Positions 58,371 to 64,000 of a DNA stretch of 64,000 nt are shown piece after piece. The notes under the pieces are model-generated. The model saw nothing but the letters and a program-made list of their open reading frames with translations. It did no database searches and had not been told where the DNA came from. The stretch spans positions 2,178,025-2,242,024 of the forward strand of contig CAJINV010000011.1 in assembly GCA_905178155.1 (NCBI GenBank). The letters are read 5' to 3'. Each line of letters begins with the position of its first letter. The stretch's first letter is position 1. Origin of the DNA: Amoebophrya sp. A120 (lineage: Eukaryota; Protista; Dinoflagellata). A program made the translations under genes and the position numbers.

Positions 58371-61178
58371 ATGCCAGATTACACCAATGAGACGCGACCC
58401 GGTACGCCGGCTCCGCCGGGAAGAAAAGGTCTTGCGGCCCACCAGGAGGATCAACGAGAGAGGAGTGCCAGGGACACGACGAAGGCCAAGGGCAAGCAGC
58501 AGGTGAACCCCGATGAAAACGAGTCGGAGCCCAAAACAAAGCGTCCGTGTTTCGAGAAGGCACCCGCAACGGCCAAAAGTAGTACCAGCGCACACCAGCC
58601 GCAATCGAAGATGAAAGTAGATGAAGCGCGTCCCCAGACCCCGGCTGCCGCCGGGGCGAAAGCTCCAGCATCCTCTGCGCGAGACCCGGGACCGGTGGAT
58701 GCGGAGTTTTCCGGCCCTCTGCACGCCCGCAAAATCTCGCTCCTGAAAGTGCTGCGGAACCAGTGTGAGGAGGCGTTGCGTTGGTATCTGGCAGCTTCCT
58801 ACAACAGCGCCGCCAACCCGGAGTATCTCTTGCGTGCTTCCAAAACGACCAGAGACATGTGCGGCCTGGCTTTGTTCATTGGTCACGAAATGAAGAAATC
58901 GACATCTTCTTCGAGAATGGACAAAGCGAAAGTTCACGCGATCGACGCCATTCTGTGCGACGTCAACAATTGCGCAGATCGTTGTCAGATTGGCGGGAAG
59001 AAGCGCATCGGCGGCCCAGACATCCAGTCCGGCCAAACGGACAGCACACTTGGCTGTGTAGTTTGCGGCAGTGACCAGCGGAACCGCGACAAGTCGATCA
59101 AAGCGCAGCTGAGACCGCGAGAGGGAGAGTTTTGTGTTTGCCGGGGCCAGATTTGCGGCTACGTCGTAGCGAATCGCACACAGCAGGACCACCAGCCACA
59201 GCGACAAGGTACGATGACACCGGCGTACGAGAGGAAAATGGGGCGACGGCCAAATGTGTGGAAAACGATCGGGTGCGACAGCAAAGACGAGGCCCGATCT
59301 GCCAGCGGTTTAGTCGCGGTCACTGCACAGACTATGGCTGCGACGCTGTGGTCGCGATACCAGCTGACTGATGCCACGCAGGTCTTCATCAAGGCCTGCA
59401 TTACTGAACAGGTTGCGTCTGGTTCATCAAGTGGCACTAGTTCGTCTAGTAGTAGTTCGTCTAGCAGCGGAACCACAAATCTCGAATCGGAGAGCAGACT
59501 TCTCGCCGCACTCAACACGGAACTTTCTCTCCTTGGCCACATCGTCGACAACATAAACTCGGCGATAGTGCCACGCGTCTATTCTCTCCGTTCATCTTCA
59601 AGGGGTGAGACGGAACCGGAGACTTTGCAGGCCAATGTCTACAGCCTCGACAAAGCCATCAAGCTGGAGTACGGCCACAACCAGCAAGCTATCATACGCA
59701 AAACAGCTAGCAGGTCACATCTGTAATGCGAAAATAATCGAACAGAAAATAAAAAAGAAGAAGAATGAAAAAATCTAGGCTCGCCTATTCGCATGCTGGT
59801 CTTAGGCGAATAGCGAGACTCGAACTCGATGCAGATTTTTTGTGTGTGTCTATTTTCTTTTTCGCATTACAAATTATGATATGCTAGGCTTTTTCTTTTT
59901 CTGCGGGATACAAGCAGTAGCGGACGGGGAAAGTGGTACGGGAATAATTCTGGAGCACTGGGGCCCTTCCCTGATAGATGTAATAGAGAAGGCTGCGCGG
60001 CCAGACCTTTCTTCACTGAAGACCGCTCTGCAGTGTATGCGGCCTGTTTACCTGAAATTTATAGCGGAGGTCGGGAGAGCCTACAAGGCGCTGTGGCTCG
60101 GTGGAGTAATTCACAATAAGATTGCCCTGGAGCACATTTTGATCCGGCTTGACGACCATAAAGGTAACTGTAGTCATTTTTTTGGGCGCGTTGGCTGTGT
60201 GGAGGTTTGTTGTATGGCTGGAATATCATTGAATGTTTGTTTATTCGGCAGGCACAATTGAGAAATTAGTCTTCTGACTTCTAGATAGTGAACTAAATAC
60301 TCATCTTCTGGTGGCTGACACTAGTCGCTAAGGACGCATCTTCATTCGGACGCATGCTTAAAAACAGGTGCGGAAGGGCAAAAGCTGCTGGTCCCAAACG
60401 TGAGGTTGGTCTCCTTTGCAGAGGCCGAGCTCGTGGAGGATTTGGGTGCTGAACTTGCTGCGTGGTGCGATGGCGCAAGTGTGAAAACGCAAGACAACAA
60501 ACCAGAACAGTCCGGCACGGAAGGCTCGCGGATTAAGATGGAAAAACGAGTGCGGTCGTTGACTTCATTTTACCCCCGTGCGCCGCCGGTAGTCTTTATG
60601 CTTCTTCATGCTACGCGTTGTAGTTCTACTTGTTTTAGATTTAGTCGTTGTCTAGAGCAGTGCGCATGATGCGTTTTCGCTTGTTGTTCTTGCTGCCGTG
60701 ACAGAAGTATTCTCGAATTTTATTACAACGGACTATCGTTTTTGGGTTTGGTTTTCCTTTTCGAACGCGAAAAATATTTACACAGATGTTGGCGCCGTCC
60801 TACGCCGTTTGGCGCTCCACCTCTCCCACAAAAGGTGCTGACGTATTCGGAACATCAACTACCAAGGCTAGCGAACCGGTTCCCGAAGCCGATGTATTTG
60901 GGCACGAGCTAATGGCCGTAGCGGCGCTTGTGACGAAGTTCCGAGTGCGGGTGGAGAGTCGCTGTGATCCAGACAAGGGCCTCCTTTCCCCGGAAACGGT
61001 AAGAAGGTTTGTCGACTGCGATAATTTCCAAGAATTCCTAGAGTTGGTCCGGGACTCGGACGTCCAAAATGTGCTAATCAACTCCACCCGCCTCGCGTTT
61101 GGGGAGGTGTTCGCCGAGTATGTCAAGGAAAAAGTCCTTTCGGAGTCGCAGCTACCGAACAGGGAGGAGAAGCAGTGA
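58371..61178 (+). CDS. Multi-exon protein with Cys-rich segment and a degenerate protein-kinase-like fold (pseudokinase candidate)
   Basis: IILEHWGPSL (CK1-like hinge), GVIHNKIALEHILI (HxD replaced by HNK), VRLVSFAEA (DFG replaced by SFA) across ORFs 59842, 60400 and 60786; CVVC...CVCRGQIC in ORF 58299. Exon junctions not fully resolved. Confidence 0.5.
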
Positions 61179-62282
61179 TAAAACAGGAGAGAGATGAGGT
61201 TTATGTCTAAACTATCTGCACCCTGAATTTTGGTACGATAATTGAAAAGTAATGTAAGAACAACTCTCTGTTGACGCTTGACTCGTTTCAGGATTGCTGA
61301 ACTTCTTGTAAGATTTTGAGTTTATTCGAGCTAGTTGTACCGGTACAACAATTTGGTGGAGTGTGGTTGAACTTTGCGGAAAATGAATCTCACTTCTCAC
61401 ATTCACGAAAACCCTGCGCTTCGTGACCAAGAGGAGCCATTGATGTTTCACAGATACTAAAATCAATGACAAAAAATGTATGTTGTCAGGTTTATCGTCC
61501 ACACCCAACGAGCAAGAATCTGATGCGAATATCAACTGAAGATGAAATAGAAACAGAGACAAGTGAATGATACTTCTTGATGTGGCAGGAAAAATACTTT
61601 CTAACCTGCAACAGATGCAGAAATCCAATTTCGAGTCTGAGCATGGATTTTTTGACAAAGTGGCCACCTGTCTCGTCACTCTGTGTGCTTCTACAGCATT
61701 GTTTCTCGTTGTCGCATGAGAAAAGCCGTTTGTCGTTGTACATGAGAGCTCCGTGCGGCAGACGCAAATATAGTCGCCTGTGCGCTTTTTTCAAATTACT
61801 CGAGCTGCATAGGGAGAGAAGGTGCGCACCTCTGTGTTTGTTAATTTGATTCTTGCAAAAATTGTCGACTGAATCTTCGACTACGTAGTCGTGCAAAAGC
61901 GGCGCGGGAAACACGTATACAACATCTGTTTTCGTGGTTGTGTGTATATATGCCTACCATCGACTTCGAGAAGAGCAAGAGAGTATTGCTTAACACCGTC
62001 ACTGCAGACCACGAACCCGAGAAATCAAAAAAGTATCTGAAGCCCGTGACCGTGTCGTTTTTTCTCGAGTGCGCAACTTCGAGAGAAAGCTACTCACTAG
62101 CAAAAGTGAAAAATAGTGAAGATAGATCTGTATATATTCATAATTGGCAGACCGCATCCCCTGGAAAATCAGCAATCAGTAGAAGGAAAGCACTAGTACA
62201 CACCGCACAACAAGTAAGTTAGAAGTAGCTGCACGCGCTCGGAAAGACGGGTACGAGGAGGGTAGCAACTCCTGACATCATC

Positions 62283-62720
62283 ATGGCAAAACAAGAACTC
62301 TCCGAAGACCGGCGCTACCAGTTTCTGAAACTGGGCCTTGTCGTGTTGATCGCCGCTCTTTTCGAGATCGTCGTTTTGCAGGAGGTGGAGCACGGCATCG
62401 TGATGGCCTTCATGATGATTGCGGGATACTTCAACTGTTTCGTAATGGGAGAGCAGCATGAAGTGGACAAAAACTTGCTGCTGCTCTGGATTTTTGTGGC
62501 GTTCGTTAGCGCTGCGAGCGGCGCAGTGCCGCTGGTGGGCCGCGTCGCACTGGTTGGGGGACCCGCCTCTCTCGCTGCGTCTGACTGGGGGCTCCTCGGG
62601 ACTTTGGTCGTCAGCGGCGTCAGCCTGCTCACCATGGCTACCTTGGCGTACCAAATCTGCGACGACTCGTCTCTTCCGGGGTCCAACGCGCCGCTCACGA
62701 CCGGTACGAAGGCGGATTGA
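62283..62720 (+). CDS. Small integral membrane protein (~4 TM, 145 aa)
   Basis: ATG-to-TGA ORF with four hydrophobic stretches. Confidence 0.65.
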   Translation: MAKQELSEDRRYQFLKLGLVVLIAALFEIVVLQEVEHGIVMAFMMIAGYFNCFVMGEQHEVDKNLLLLWIFVAFVSAASGAVPLVGRVALVGGPASLAASDWGLLGTLVVSGVSLLTMATLAYQICDDSSLPGSNAPLTTGTKAD

Positions 62721-63639
62721 TTTTTGCGATTCTATGAAACATAGAAGTGCTTGTAGAGGTGCTTGTACTAACTACAACTACATGGACATTTCCATTTCGC
62801 AGTGGGTTTTATGCTCGCGTGATAGTTTCGAAACAACTACAACATCAATTGAAGGTGAAAACCAGAACACCAGAAGCCGGCCGGGCTTGTACGATTCGAT
62901 GCCCAATTTTGGGGCCATCAATCCCGGGGGATACGTGCCGTCGCAGGCGGAATTGCGGGCCATGTCCGTCGGTGGACAACTCAACATCACGCCTTTTACG
63001 GGGCAGGGGCACACCGTGAGTTCCCCGGATGCCTGCTAAACGAGAAAATGAATGCAGCCATTGGCAATCGAAGAAAATTTTGGAGTTAAGTGCAGATACA
63101 GTTTCAAATGAATGTGAATACCAACAAACAAACAAAAATAAATTTGTGATACACGATAACTTATTGTCAGGATCTTGCTCTTTTCGACGAAATCTGATGT
63201 GTTTCGCTATTTTGCAACTGCGCACCAGTCTTTAGAACTTTAAATTTTTTGTTGTTTCTTGAACTCAATCTCATTCTCAACCTGCTTAATCTTGAGCAGA
63301 AATATGAAATAGAAATGAACTCGTCTCCAGGGGTTGCCCTGCAGTCACTCTCTCTTTCTTGATGAGGAAGTTTCACCAAAGCAAGGATGGGTCTCTCTTT
63401 CTTGATAATGGAGGACAGGTCTAACTGACAAACCTAATTAGAAAATCTAAACTGCCAAGAACTACACTGTGCGTACAATATGGAGATTAACTAAAAGCTA
63501 AAGCTGAACTTAGTACTACGGCATGAATGAGCCTGAATCAGCTGTCCTCGAACCTTGTAAAACACGGGCGCTGGTGGACGGGCAACGCAGCGGGGTCTTA
63601 CGATTATATTTATATTGGAACGCGGCTTTAGCGTGAGCA

Positions 63640-64000
63640 TTCGGACTCGAAACGGAAAACTTCCTGCCGGCAGGAAGTTTCTCGGACTGAGCTCCTTTTG
63701 GGAGGCCATAGCATGGGGACTTGGGCCCAAAACGAAAAACTTCCTGCCGGCAGGAAGTTTTTTTGGCCGGCCTCCGGGTGGCGAGGTTGGCTGGCTGGCC
63801 TTCGGGACCCAGGAAAAAGGTGGTCCAGCCAAAAAACTTCCTGCCGGCAGAAAGTTTTTCGGGTCGAGCCCCTTTTTGGAAGGCCATAGCGTGGGACTTC
63901 GGACTCGAAACGGAAGACCTGCTGCCGGCATGATAGGCTCCTCTGGGGGCGGCAAGTGGAGGCCTGGCCAAAAAACTTCCTGCCGGCAGGAAGTTTTTCG
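63640..64000. repeat. Palindromic satellite with AAACTTCCTGCCGGCAGGAAGTTT core, running off the window edge
   Basis: Palindromes at 63657-63680, 63735-63762, 63832-63859 (1 mismatch), ~63914-63931 (degenerate) and 63971-63998; spacers are related to each other. Confidence 0.9.

Noticed and set aside
63640-64000. CRISPR array
   Set aside because: Spacers are irregular in length and similar to each other, there are no cas genes, and the context is eukaryotic.
1-64000. Autonomous transposase, rRNA/tRNA genes, or a dinoflagellate spliced-leader copy
   Set aside because: None recognised by eye. The only acidic-triad nuclease is a DEDDh exonuclease with no TIRs around it. A covariance-model scan would be needed to exclude small RNAs.

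Overview
Eukaryotic, gene-dense protist DNA in which every credible gene lies on the + strand. The architecture strongly resembles that reported for the parasitic dinoflagellate Amoebophrya (Syndiniales); this is an inference, not a database result. The dominant feature is a set of 32 short (128-388 bp, mostly 240-330 bp) non-coding elements between 2.5 and 39.7 kb, in at least 8 sequence families. Nearly all have terminal inverted repeats (TIRs) starting TAT/TAC and ending ATA, sit between 5-bp direct repeats (DRs), occur in either orientation, and carry a shared internal TGTCATGC-N7/8-GCATGACA motif. 31 of them interrupt coding sequence. I checked each junction by hand: removing the element plus one DR copy restores the frame every time, including inside the catalytic motifs of a DEDDh exonuclease. 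Only one decayed copy (21539) offers GT-AG ends. They therefore behave as MITE-like non-canonical introns (introners), or possibly as DNA-level eliminated sequences, alongside ordinary GT-AG/GC-AG introns. Reconstructed genes: a bacterial-type DEDDh 3'-5' exonuclease; a ~1576-aa membrane/secreted protein with a duplicated EF-hand module and 16 introners; a Pro/Gln- and Arg/Ser-rich protein; a degenerate PAP/TUTase-like nucleotidyltransferase; a flavin reductase/BVR-B-like Rossmann protein; and an uninterrupted RAP-domain protein. Beyond ~45 kb no intact introners are seen. That part holds a diverged ~900-bp tandem repeat, an SIFGG-repeat protein, a LINE RT remnant, a pseudokinase and a palindromic satellite at the right edge. 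No transposase, rRNA, tRNA or CRISPR array was found.
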